DNA from: an uncultured delta proteobacterium
GTDB lineage: Bacteria; Desulfobacterota; Desulfobulbia; Desulfobulbales; Desulfocapsaceae
DNA length: 64,000 nucleotides
NCBI GenBank assembly: GCA_963728385.1
Contig: CAVSJK010000002.1
Span: 1,224,960 to 1,288,959 of the forward strand
Direction of reading: 5' to 3'
Shown: piece by piece, positions 28,281 to 38,612 of the stretch
Layout: every line of letters starts with the position of its first letter
How positions within the stretch are numbered: position 1 is the stretch's first letter
Program-made: the position numbers and the translations under genes
The notes under the pieces: generated by a model
Seen by the model: only the letters and a program-made list of their open reading frames with translations
What the model was told of the DNA's origin: nothing
Databases searched by the model: none

Positions 28281-29590
28281 GACGTGGTTTCCGCCTCCAC
28301 CACCCGGCAAATAGTCTGAGTCAGGAGTTGAAGATCCTGATTATCGATGACGTACGGGGGCATTACATAAACCAATCGGCCAAAGGGCCGCACCCAAACT
28401 CCGTTTTCTACGAACCTTCGTTGAATACTGCTCATGTTCACCGGTCTCTTAAGCTCGACCACGCCTATTGCTCCGAGAACACGGACATCCTCTACTCCTG
28501 CCAACTTACGGCACGGCTCAAGGCCATTTTTCAGTTCATTCTCAATTCGAAAAATATTGCCCTGCCAGTCCGATTCAAGCAGTAATTCGACAGATCGAAC
28601 CGCCACGCTGCAGGCAAGTGGATTGGCCATGAAGGTTGGACCATGCATAAAGACACCCGGTTCTCCCTGTGAGATTACCTGCCCGACCTCCGAGGTAGCA
28701 AGCACCGCGGCAAGTGTCATATAGCCTCCCGTGAGTGCCTTTCCCAGACAAAGGATGTCGGGAGAAATCCCGGCATGGTTACAGCCGAACATTTCTCCGC
28801 TTCGGCCAAATCCGGTGGCGATTTCATCGGCGATGAGTAAGACTTGAAATTCGTCGCATAGCTCTCGTACCCGCCGCAGGTACTGGGGATGATAAAAGCG
28901 CATTCCTCCGGCTCCCTGCACTATGGGTTCAAGAATAACTCCACAAATCGAAGCTTGATGTTCCTTCAGTAGAGCTTTAAACGAATTGAGATCCGCTTCA
29001 TCCCATTCATCCGTGAAACGGCATGCCGGTCTGTCGGCGAAAAAATAATCGGGAAGAATCCCCTGATATATCTGATGCATACCGGTTACAGGGTCGCAAA
29101 CAGACATGGCGTGAAAGGTGTCGCCATGATAGCCGGATTTGATGGTTAAAAATCTATTTTTCCCGGAGATACCTTTTGAGAAAGTATACTGAATTGCCAT
29201 TTTCATGGCGACTTCCACCGCTACCGAGCCGGAATCACAAAAAAAGATCCTATTCAAACCGGCAGGCGTTATGTCGATCAGCACCTTAGCTAGCCGGATG
29301 GCGGGTTGATGGGTCAAGCCGCCAAACATGACGTGGGCCAGCTTTTCGGATTGTTCCCGAACTACTTGTGTAAGATGCGGATTGTTATAACCATGGATGA
29401 CCGACCACCAGGAGGCCATGCCGTCGATCAGTTCTCTTCCGTCCTGCAGACGTAACCTTACGCCTTCGGCCGAATCGACCAGATAGACTTCAAGTGGATT
29501 CTCGATAGAGGTGTAAGGATGCCAGATATGTTTCCGGTCAAATTGCAACAGCTCGGCGGTTCCCTTTTCCACGTAATGCCCGGCCCCCAC
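28277..29590 (-). CDS. bioA: Adenosylmethionine-8-amino-7-oxononanoate aminotransferase
   Basis: FDRKHIWHPYTS, DEIATGFGRSG, LGKALTGGYM. GTG start. Confidence 0.92.
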   Translation of the reverse strand: MGAGHYVEKGTAELLQFDRKHIWHPYTSIENPLEVYLVDSAEGVRLRLQDGRELIDGMASWWSVIHGYNNPHLTQVVREQSEKLAHVMFGGLTHQPAIRLAKVLIDITPAGLNRIFFCDSGSVAVEVAMKMAIQYTFSKGISGKNRFLTIKSGYHGDTFHAMSVCDPVTGMHQIYQGILPDYFFADRPACRFTDEWDEADLNSFKALLKEHQASICGVILEPIVQGAGGMRFYHPQYLRRVRELCDEFQVLLIADEIATGFGRSGEMFGCNHAGISPDILCLGKALTGGYMTLAAVLATSEVGQVISQGEPGVFMHGPTFMANPLACSVAVRSVELLLESDWQGNIFRIENELKNGLEPCRKLAGVEDVRVLGAIGVVELKRPVNMSSIQRRFVENGVWVRPFGRLVYVMPPYVIDNQDLQLLTQTICRVVEAETTS

Positions 29591-29596
29591 CCTTTT

Positions 29597-30579
29597 CTAC
29601 TTTTGAGTCTCTTTCACATCAAAGCCAAGAGTCCGGAACATTGCTATATCCTCAACCAGACCATTGCCTACGGTAGTCAGGTAATTGCCGACAATCGCTC
29701 CATTGGCACCGACAGCAAAGCACCTCTTTTGTTCGTCACCCAATAAGATTTCTGCCTCCAGCCAGACGAATAACCGCCATAGGATTTATAAATCTGAACA
29801 TGGCCACACAGGTAAGTACCTCGGCGACACTGAGCGGTCTGAGATCGGCGAAGGGAGTCTCTTTAATGGGGGTAAGAATATTGAGTGGAATGGAAAGAAT
29901 TTCGAGTTCCCGCAGTTCAAAAGCTAATTCAAGACGCTGTTCGAAACTTTCACCCATGCCGATGATGCCGCCGGAGCAGACTTCCAAACCCGCCTGACGG
30001 GCAATTTTTATCGTCGCTACTTTTTCATCCCAGGTATGGCTGCTGCACACCCTGGGGAAAAAGCTTCGGCTCGTCTCAAGGTTACAATGGTAGCGGGTTA
30101 CACCCATTTCTTTCAGCTTCAGGGCTTTATCGAGAGTGAGAAAACCCATTGAAGCACAAAGAGAGAGCTGTGTCTCCTCCTGTAACCTTCTGTATATCAG
30201 CCTGAATTCCTCAAGATTTTTTTCGGTAACCGCTCTGCCGGCGGTTACCAGCGAAAATCGCTGAACACCGAAATGTTCATTCTCCTTGGCAAGAGACACA
30301 GCTTTGACAATATCGACCACATCATAGGTCGCTACCTCAACATCGTAGTGGGACGACTGTGCACAGAACTTGCAATCTTCGGAACATTTTCCCGATTTGG
30401 CGTTGACAATGGAACAGAGATCCAGACTATTTTTATGTAATCTGCTGTCTCAATTCATCAGCGGCCTGATAAAGCTCAGCCGGACCGGCTTCTCTTGCCA
30501 GTTCCAGTGCTTCACCAAACTCCAGATCGTGGCCGGCCAATATCCGGCCCATGTATTTCTCAATCACTCGATACTCCAT
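29597..30579 (-). pseudogene. bioB: Biotin synthase, reading frame broken twice in this sequence
   Basis: Three collinear pieces in three frames. Piece 1: MEYRVIEKYMGRILAGHDLEFGEALELAREAGPAELYQAADELRQQ. Piece 2: ..HKNSLDLCSIVNAKSGKCSEDCKFCAQS (radical-SAM CxxxCxxC) ...RLAGGRNL. Piece 3: ..LGDEQKRCFAVGANGAIVGNYLTTVG...DVKETQK. Breaks lie near 30440 (A-run) and 29745. The 983-nt length is not a multiple of 3. Confidence 0.85.
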
Positions 30580-30637
30580 GCAACTTGCTTACTCTACATA
30601 TGAAGTTGTTTACTTATCCATCCTCGTTTTTAGGTTT

Positions 30638-31609
30638 TTACGAGATTGTCAAGTTCACACTTTTCTCATCGCATTTACACATTGAGACAGCGAAGCCCGG
30701 CGTGTCAAATTGCAAAGAGGTTACTTTGGTTCCTTTGGGAACGATTTTTTTCATCATCCCCTTCAGTACCGGTTTCGGGGCCTATTTCAATAAAGGTATC
30801 CACCTCTTCGGCCAGCATCGCTTCTATGATCTCACACCATTTAACTCGTGAGGCAATCTGCCCTGCCATCATCTTTTTGATTTTGCCGGTGTCGGTCTCT
30901 TTTGCTGCTGAAACATTGAAATAGACAGGGACCTGAGGAGATGAAAATTCGATATCTGCCATGAATTCTGCAAAGTCAGGAACGGCGGCAGCAACCAACG
31001 GACTATGATTTGCAACACTTACATTAAGTGGAATTACCTTAGCGCCTTTGGCTTCCGCTTTTTTGCCAACCTCGTCCAAGGCATCCATAGTTCCGGATAT
31101 AACAATCTGTTCAGGCGTGTTATGATTGGCAGCAGTAACGACCCCCGGTCCTTGATAGTTGTCGATAATTTCTTCTATTGTCTTAATATCCAGACCTAAA
31201 ACGGCTCGCATGCCGCCCGGGTTTGCATTGACCCTTCACGTTCCATCAATGCGCCTCTTTTCCTGACAAGCCGCATGGTGTCTTCTGCGTTGATTACTCC
31301 GGCGGCGCACAGTGCCGAGTATTCTCCCAGACTGTGCCCGGCAAAACAACTCACTTCAAGCTCGCTGCCAATGGTCTTTTTAAAGGCCTGCCAACAGATG
31401 AGATTGGTAATGGTGATTGCCGGTTGAAGATTGGTGGCTCTGGTCAACTCCTCCATAGGTCCGTCGGCGGATAAGGCTCCGAGATTGAGTTCGCAGGCTG
31501 CTTCGGCCATTGCCAGAAGGGAAGCGCATTCGGTATCGGTATTGATGAATTCTTGTCCCATGCCCAGGTACTGGGAACCCTGGCCTGGAAATAAAACGGC
31601 AATTTTCAT
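30638..31609 (-). pseudogene. fabD: Malonyl CoA-ACP transacylase, frame broken twice (net in frame)
   Basis: [21 protein letters not shown] and [14 protein letters not shown] (active-site Ser). Break near 31210 (expected ..[19 protein letters not shown]). Break near 30770 (IEIGP/..KPVLKGMMKKIVPKG). Both breaks are at G/C runs. Confidence 0.85.
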
Positions 31610-32094
31610 TAGTGTTTCCTCAATTGCTGAATTCTTGCTATCAAAGATATTAATGAGTAAAAATAAGACGGCTCCAACACATATTGCCGAATCGGCTATA
31701 TTAAAAGCCGGCCAGTGGTAGTGGCCCAGGTAAAAGTCGAGAAAGTCGATCACCGATCCAAACCTCAGCCGGTCGATCAGGTTGCCGGCGGCACCCCCGG
31801 CAATCAGAGGCCAATGGCCAACTGTACAGGCTGTTTACATTCCTGAGCTTCCAATAACAACAGTCAATCCAACCAGTGCAAGTGTTCCTATAGCAAGAAA
31901 AAAATAATGTCGCCATGGCGAATTCAGATCGGCAAGCATACTGAAAGCTGCGCCGCTGTTGGTAACGTAGACCAGATTAAAAAAGCCGGGGATAATCTCC
32001 ATGGATTGATACAAATGCAGGGAATGAACGACTGCCAGTTTTTGGTCAACTGATCGGCAATAATTACCAAGGCTATGACTGCAAAATATACCAC
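31609..32094 (-). pseudogene. lspA: Lipoprotein signal peptidase II, frame broken 2-4 times
   Basis: Pieces are [20 protein letters not shown] / [33 protein letters not shown] / [45 protein letters not shown]. The last piece currently runs in frame into fabD. The GTG start at 32094 and the TAA overlapping the fabD ATG are my best guesses. Confidence 0.75.
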
Positions 32095-32103
32095 TGTCTT
32101 TTT

Positions 32104-34935
32104 TTAAGCCTGTAGATCCGGCATAGTCCGCCAGAATATCGGCACATCTGTCAGCAGATCTCCGGATGCCGGTAGTTTTGCCCTACGGTAGGTCGATCGT
32201 ATCCAGCACCTGGCGCATTTCTCACCCTGGGCCGCTTGCACCTGAATCACAAAGCCGGGAATTTCCTCACTCGCAAAACGTATGCCTGCTTCGGGGCTAT
32301 CATTATGCAGGACGGAAAGCTCAGAAATTATCGAGATCTCTTTTACGGTCTGCCATTCGCTGTCTACAGAAAGTCCGACAATTCGCCATCAGCTCTCAGC
32401 AGAACCTCTGCCTCAAGAGGATGGCCGAGCACTTTTTCCCGACGGGCTATTTCAATGGCTTTGGTTATCTCTGAACGAATCTTGATGAGTTTTGACCACT
32501 TGTCCATCATCTTGTCGTCGCATTCAATGTTGCTTGCAGCTGGGAATTCGACAAAATAAATACTCTTGCTGTCAATAGATGCGTTTTCTGCGATTCCATG
32601 AAGCGAATCCCAGGCCTCGGCTGCAGTGAAACAGAGGATGGGACTCATCAGTCGGAGCATACCGTCAAGAATGGTGTAGAGAGCCGTTTGGGCTGAACGC
32701 CTGAGATGCGAATCGGTACCCGCGGTATAGAGTCGATCTTTAAGGATATCAAGATAAAAGGCACTCATGGTGCTGCCGCAGAAATAATTTAAGCTATGAT
32801 AGATGCCATGGAATTCATACTTTTCATAGCCTTGGGTTATTCTTCGTTTTCAATTCTTCAAATTTAGCCAAGAGCCCAGCGATCCAGTTCCGGCAGCTCA
32901 GAAAATGGAACACTGTGCTGCATTGGCTGAAAATCTTCCAGGTTGCTGAGAAAATAGCGTATGGTGTTACGGAGTTTGCGGTAGGAATCCGAAACCTGTT
33001 TAAGGATTTCATCGGAAACCTTAACGTCGTCCCGATAATCTTCACTGGCCACCCATAGCCTGAGGATTTCCGCACCATATTTCTCGATAACCTCAGAAGG
33101 GATGACGACATTACCTACGGATTTGGACATTTTTTTGCCCTGCCCGTCGACAACATAGCCATGGGTCAAGACCCCTTTAAAGGGCGCCCGTCCCCTGGTT
33201 CCGGTCGAGGTGAGCAGAGAACTATGAAACCAGCCACGATGCTGATCGCTGCCCTCAAGGTAGAGGTCGGCTGGTGCCCTGAGTTCATCTCGTTGTTCAC
33301 AGACTGCGGCATGACTTACCCCTGAGTCAAACCAGACGTCCAAAATATCTTCTTCTTTTTGGAATTCAGCGGAGCCGCATTGCTGCAGGTGGTGTCCTCG
33401 GTGAGAAAATCGTTCACCTCATGGCTGTACCAGGCGTCAGCGCCTTCTTTTTGGAAAAGCTGATCAATTTTCTCAACAAGTTTATTGTTTTTTACAATTT
33501 CACCACAGGATTTGCAGCTAATAACGGTCAGAGGAACTCCCCAGCTGCGCTGTCGGGATAAGCACCAGTCGGGACGGCCTTCCACCATTGAATAAATCCG
33601 CTGCATTCCCCAGCTTGGTGTCCATGTCACCTTCTCTATGGCCGAGAGCGCTTTCTGCGAAGTTGGTTATTTTCCATGGAGATAAACCATTGGGGCGTTG
33701 CCCGATACATGACGGGTTTTTTACACCGCCAGCAATGCGGGTAGCTGTGGTTAATCGCGGTCTCATAAACAAGGGCACCGGAAGCGGCCATATCCCTATT
33801 TATAACCTTGTTGACAGCCGGTACTTTCTGTCCGGCGTATTGCCCCGCTTCATCATTGTAGAATCCATCCCCGTCCACGGGAGAGAGTATATCAAGTCCA
33901 TACCTCAAGCCGGTTTGATAGTCATCCACTCCGTGTCCGGGTGCGGTATGCACACATCCGGTACCGGCTTCCACTGTGACATAATCAGCTAGAACCAGCA
34001 GAGAATCGCGTTCCATAAACGGATGTCTGCATGTTCTGTTTTCAAATTGTTTGGCGCTGAAAGGTACCCTTGATCGTGAAATCCTCCCTGCCGATCTCCG
34101 CCATTACTTTTTCGACCAGATCGCGAGCAAGAATCCAGGTCTCATCCCCCACCTCGACTGCGCAATAAACAAATTCCGGATGCAGGGCCACTGCCAGATT
34201 GGCCGGAAGAGTCCATGGCGTGGTCGTCCAGATTACAAAGAAGACCTTGTCTCCGGCAAGAGAAGGATCTATGTCTCCCAGCTCACTGCCGGCCTTAAAT
34301 TTGACATAAATAGAAGGAGAGGTATGGTCATGGTATTCCACTTCAGCCTCGGCTAAAGCCGTGGTGCAGGTTGAACACCAATAGACCGGCTTGCGATTAC
34401 GTATAACCGAACCGGAAAGCAGAAATTTATTGAACTCCGCGGCAATGGTCGCTTCATAGCCATAGTTGATGGTGCGATATGGATTGTCCCAGTCGCCTAG
34501 AACGCCCAATCGCTTAAACTGTTCTTTCTGGATTTTAATCCATTTCTCGGCATATTTTCGACAGGCACTTCTCTTTGCCAGCTTGGGAATAGTCTTTTTC
34601 TTTTCACCGAGTTCCAAGTCGACATTATGTTCAATTGGTAAACCGTGACAGTCCCAACCCGGAATATACGGGGCGTTGAAACCCGACATTCGCTTTGAAC
34701 GGAGAATTATATCCTTGAGAATTTTATTAAAGGCCGTACCTAAATGAATATTTCCATTGGCGTAGGGAGGACCGTCATGGAGCACGAAAAGAGGCTTATC
34801 TTTGGCATTTTCCTGAATCCTGAAGTATAACTCCTCTTTCTCCCATTGTTTGAGAATGAGTGGTTCCTTCTGGGCGAGATTTGCCTTCATCTTAAACCCG
34901 GTTTTAGGGAGATTAAGGGTATCCCTGTAATCCAT
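32104..34935 (-). pseudogene. ileS: Isoleucine--tRNA ligase, frame broken at least 8 times
   Basis: Collinear fragments from the track: 34042-34935 (PYANGNIHLGT, the HIGH region), 33636-34016, 33316-33630, 32864-33343 (KMSKSVGN), 32364-32768, plus short pieces down to a C-terminal KCARCW..HPEIC..RCADIL zinc finger. Start is ATG 34935 with AAGGAG. The 3' end is approximate. Confidence 0.85.
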
Positions 34936-35030
34936 GTTCTTCTCCTTCATACATTTCCAACAGCGTTGACAATTTTCTAATTGCGGCCCAAGCACCCGAT
35001 TTTACTTAAAGTAACTCCAATAATCCAATG

Positions 35031-35110
35031 CCCACAAGGGAGTACTCTCCTTAGTTCCCATGCTTTGTGGGGAACAAGAACCTTTTAGACAAATTCTTTA
35101 CTTTTATAAA
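35031..35110. repeat. Family-3 repeat
   Basis: cccacaagggagtactctccttagttCCCATGCTTTGTGGGgaacaagaaccttttagacaaattcttta. Related to 2479-2524, 38447-38550 and, inverted, 44894-44986. Confidence 0.65.
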
Positions 35111-35182
35111 AAAAATCCGAAAGGTTCTAAATAGGGAAACTGACAACAATAACAACTGCCGGTGAAGTTGCAAGAGTAAATT

Positions 35183-35240
35183 GAATGTTTACAGGTCTGG
35201 GGTTATGCAAGGCGTTTAGCTATTCTCCGTGAACGGTTAC
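35183..35240. repeat. Family-1 repeat, short module
   Basis: GAATGTTTACaggtctggggttatgcaaggcgtttagctattctccGTGAACGGTTAC. Confidence 0.75.
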
Positions 35241-35528
35241 AATTGAACGAACAACCGGACAGACCAGGCCAATCGCTTTCTTGTAAAGATTTAAATACCA
35301 AAATCCGATCAATCCACCTAAATCACGCTTCTTTTTTGAGATACATTTGCGTTTATTTTTTTAATCCCTTATTATTTTACAACAGATTTGTCAGTTTGAC
35401 CGATTTTCGTATTTTGACCCTTTTCCGATACATACATCACCATGACACGTTCGTTCTTCCCCAAGAACCACCAGACCGGCAGCAAAATCAACTTGATGAA
35501 CAAAGCATTGAACGCAAATACAGCAACA

Positions 35529-36203
35529 ATGATCGAAATGATCAAAGTTTCAAAAAATTATCCTCCCGATGTCGTTGCCTTAAAGGATGTTTCCGTTTCC
35601 ATAGGCAGTGGAGAGATGTTTTTTATCATTGGCATGAGTGGTGCCGGCAAGACTACCTTGCTGAAGCTCCTCTGCAATATGGAACTGCCGAGTAATGGAC
35701 TGATTGAGATTGGCGGACAATCAATTCAGCACCTGCGAGGATATAAACTAGCCAGGCTTCGACAAAAAATTGGAGTTGCTTATCAGGACTTCAAGCTGCT
35801 GACGGACAGAACGACAGCGGAAAATATCGCCATTTCCATGGAAGTCTCCTACAAAAAACCTCAAATGATCAGGAACAGGGTTCGAAATCTGCTTGATCAA
35901 CTCAACCTTACCGATAAACATGACACCATCACCGGAGAACTCTCCCGCGGTGAACAGCAGAGAGTCGCATTGGCACGCGCCATAGCAAATTCTCCAACGA
36001 TGATACTGGTGGATGAACCAACCGGTAATCTTGATGCGACAACGACTGAAAAAGTTATGCAATTATTAACTAATTGCAACAAATCCGGAGCAACCGTTGT
36101 TATTGCTACTCATGACCAATCAATCTACCGCAACACCTCCCATCGGGTAATGGAACTTCGGAAAGGACAGCTGCATACCCTGGTAAGAGGAAGAGCATTA
36201 TGA
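35529..36203 (+). CDS. ftsE: Cell division ATP-binding protein FtsE
   Basis: GMSGAGKTTLLKL (Walker A), LSRGEQQRVALARA, ILVDEPTGNLD. Start set at MIEMIKVSKNY by analogy to E. coli MIRFEHVSKAY. The track ORF begins at 35442. No clear RBS for any candidate start. Confidence 0.88.
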   Translation: MIEMIKVSKNYPPDVVALKDVSVSIGSGEMFFIIGMSGAGKTTLLKLLCNMELPSNGLIEIGGQSIQHLRGYKLARLRQKIGVAYQDFKLLTDRTTAENIAISMEVSYKKPQMIRNRVRNLLDQLNLTDKHDTITGELSRGEQQRVALARAIANSPTMILVDEPTGNLDATTTEKVMQLLTNCNKSGATVVIATHDQSIYRNTSHRVMELRKGQLHTLVRGRAL

Positions 36204-37087
36204 GTTTCTGGTTCACTGTCCTCCGGCAGGTTGGCAGAAATTTACGCATGACATGGGGGTCACAGCTTATGACCCTGCTGACTGTCAGTCTCTCCGTTTT
36301 GATTTTCGCGTTCTTTTACCTTATTTACGCGAATATGCTCAACGTTGGAGTGAAGCTTGGCGATGATCTCAGTCTGATAGTTTATCTTGAAGACGAACCT
36401 GGACCGGAACTGCAGCAGCAGTTAATTAAGAAAATTACCGCCTTTGATGAAGTTGAGGAGATCCGCTTTATATCCCGAGATGATGCCTATCAAAGATTTG
36501 CTGAACAATTGGGCGAGAATAAGGCTGTATTAAACGATATGCCTCATGATTTTCTTCCCCCATCCATTGAGGTGGTGCCAATGAAAAACCTGAGGAGCCT
36601 CAACCAGGTGAAACTGTTCTCCGCCTATCTGGCCCGACTTCCCGGTGCTCTCAAGGTGCAATATGGGCAGGATTGGGTCGAGAGATTTTATTACTTCACC
36701 AAACTCTTGTCCATCATTGTGTTGCTCAGTGGTACGCTGCTTATTTTAACTACCATTTTTATGGTAGCCTATACCATTCGTCTTACCATTCATGGCAGAC
36801 AGGCCGAACTGGAATTATTAAAATTAGTCGGTGCCACCAACAATTACATAAGAACTCCATTTTTACTGGAGGGCTTACTTCAGGGCTTCCTCGGATCTTT
36901 CTTTGGTCTCGCACAGCTATACATACTTTTTGAATGGATTAAAATGCGCTTTTCCGGCCCCGGCTTTCTGAACGTCTTCCAATTCTCGTTCTTTTCTCCT
37001 TCGGTCAGCGTCACGATCGTGGTTGTCTCGATACTCCTTTGCACCCTTGGGAGTTATTCGACCATGCAGAAATTTTTGCGCATTTAA
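36200..37087 (+). CDS. ftsX: Cell division permease FtsX
   Basis: ATGA overlap with ftsE. 4 TM helices with a large first periplasmic loop. Confidence 0.88.
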   Translation: MSFWFTVLRQVGRNLRMTWGSQLMTLLTVSLSVLIFAFFYLIYANMLNVGVKLGDDLSLIVYLEDEPGPELQQQLIKKITAFDEVEEIRFISRDDAYQRFAEQLGENKAVLNDMPHDFLPPSIEVVPMKNLRSLNQVKLFSAYLARLPGALKVQYGQDWVERFYYFTKLLSIIVLLSGTLLILTTIFMVAYTIRLTIHGRQAELELLKLVGATNNYIRTPFLLEGLLQGFLGSFFGLAQLYILFEWIKMRFSGPGFLNVFQFSFFSPSVSVTIVVVSILLCTLGSYSTMQKFLRI

Positions 37088-37118
37088 ACCCCTTGTGCCT
37101 TTACACGAAAGACGCTTT

Positions 37119-38444
37119 ATGAGAATCAGCTCGATCATCTTCTCATCGACTTGCATGAGCCGTATAGTATTAATGAAAAGACTTTCATCGGTGTGCATCC
37201 CAAGTGTTTTTATCCTCATTTTTACTTTGATTCTGACAGGTACATTACCCATTCATGCCGAGGGACAGAAGGCTGTAACCACCACGGATAGAGAGCTTTC
37301 CGATTACAGAAATAAGATTTATAGACTCCAGCAGGGCATTATCCAGCAGGAAGACAAGATCACCGACACTGAATCTACAAAACGTAATATTCTAGCCGAA
37401 CTTGAAGACCTTGACACAAAGCTCGCCGCACAGCAGGAAAGGCTGAAAACCCTGGAAGACAAGATGCGACAGCAAAAAGAGCTGATAGATAAAGAACAAG
37501 GTAAACTCAACAAGATACGTTCAAAAAAAATCGCCGTTGAAAAACATCTGCAAAAAAGGGTTTCTGCATATTATACAATGGGCCGTATAGGTCTTCTGAA
37601 TGTGACATTTTCCGCTAAAACTCTCCCGGAATTGCTCACCTTTCGTGATGGTTTTGAAGTACTGATCAAATACGATCAGGATGTGATAGAGTCATACCGG
37701 AAAACCATAGAGAAACTTGTCAAAGTAACGACAGCGCTCGATCTGGAAAAATCTGTCTTAGAAGATTTCATCGACCAGACAGTTCAAGGAAAGGAATTAC
37801 TTCAAAAGACAAAAGATGAAAAAAGTGAGCTTCTAACCCATGTGCGTACCCAGGAAAAACTCCATAAACAGGCCATTATCGAAATGCAACAGGCGTCGGA
37901 GCACCTTGCCGAGTCAATCGTCTCGATAAAAAATAAGGATCTTCCCAACGAAGAGGGATTTCTTGCCGCTAAAGGCACCCTTCCCCCTCCGGTTGCCGGC
38001 ACTCTTATCACTCGTTTTCATCAGGAAAAAATTAATAAACTTGGTATATCACGCAATTGTACCGGCATAGAGCTGCAAGCCCCAAATGGCAGCAAAATCG
38101 TATCCGTGAGTGAGGGGCAAGTCATTTTTTCCGGATATTTGCGCGGTTATGGAAATACAGTTATAATACATCATGGTTTTCAGTATTATACCGTGACTTC
38201 GAGGATCGAAAAGATATTGGTACAAAGAGGGCAACAAGTTAAAAAAGAGGGTACAATAGGCATCATGGGCGACACAGCCACTCTGTTTGACGAAGGCCTT
38301 TATTTCGAAATTCGTCATGGCCGTGAATCTCTCGATCCCTTGTTATGGCTGGACCGGAATAGGCTCTCGAATCTGTATACGCATCAAACTAATCAGGCAA
38401 ATGTGAATCTTATTGTTCACGACCCCCCGGGCAAACTGAAATAA
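37119..38444 (+). CDS. envC: Murein hydrolase activator EnvC-like (coiled-coil plus degenerate LytM/M23 domain)
   Basis: Signal peptide (alternative start ATG 37173, MKRLSSV...). Long coiled-coil. The C-terminal LytM domain has GLYFEIRHG in place of the catalytic HxH. ftsEX context. Confidence 0.8.
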   Translation: MRISSIIFSSTCMSRIVLMKRLSSVCIPSVFILIFTLILTGTLPIHAEGQKAVTTTDRELSDYRNKIYRLQQGIIQQEDKITDTESTKRNILAELEDLDTKLAAQQERLKTLEDKMRQQKELIDKEQGKLNKIRSKKIAVEKHLQKRVSAYYTMGRIGLLNVTFSAKTLPELLTFRDGFEVLIKYDQDVIESYRKTIEKLVKVTTALDLEKSVLEDFIDQTVQGKELLQKTKDEKSELLTHVRTQEKLHKQAIIEMQQASEHLAESIVSIKNKDLPNEEGFLAAKGTLPPPVAGTLITRFHQEKINKLGISRNCTGIELQAPNGSKIVSVSEGQVIFSGYLRGYGNTVIIHHGFQYYTVTSRIEKILVQRGQQVKKEGTIGIMGDTATLFDEGLYFEIRHGRESLDPLLWLDRNRLSNLYTHQTNQANVNLIVHDPPGKLK

Positions 38445-38446
38445 TG

Positions 38447-38550
38447 AGTACCTTAGAAATTCATTTCTTGTTATTTTAGAATGAATTTTGTGAAGGGGCA
38501 TTATTTAATACCGCTCCCGAGGGATACAAGAACCTTCACGAAAGTGCTTT
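38447..38550. repeat. Family-3 repeat (variant)
   Basis: Begins AGTACCTTAGAAATTC, identical to 44894-44909. Contains acaagaacctt, shared with 35075-35085. Confidence 0.55.
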
Positions 38551-38612
38551 CCGTCACTAAATAGACAGCACCTTCCAACATTCTAACGCAATCATCCTGG
38601 CTGAGGGACAAC

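Noticed and set aside
31196-31753. Apparent LspA C-terminus / FabD N-terminus fusion ORF
   Set aside because: It lies inside the frame-break patch. A TAA overlapping the fabD ATG exists one frame over. The fusion is best explained by an indel near the lspA 3' end, not a real fusion protein.
29597-34935. Programmed ribosomal frameshifting or recoding as the explanation for the broken genes
   Set aside because: There are too many breaks of both signs, no shared slippery heptamer or stimulatory structure, and four unrelated genes are affected. Indel errors or decay fit better.
35243-35695. 150-aa plus-strand ORF upstream of and overlapping ftsE
   Set aside because: It begins next to a repeat copy, has odd composition and no motifs, and overlaps ftsE out of frame.
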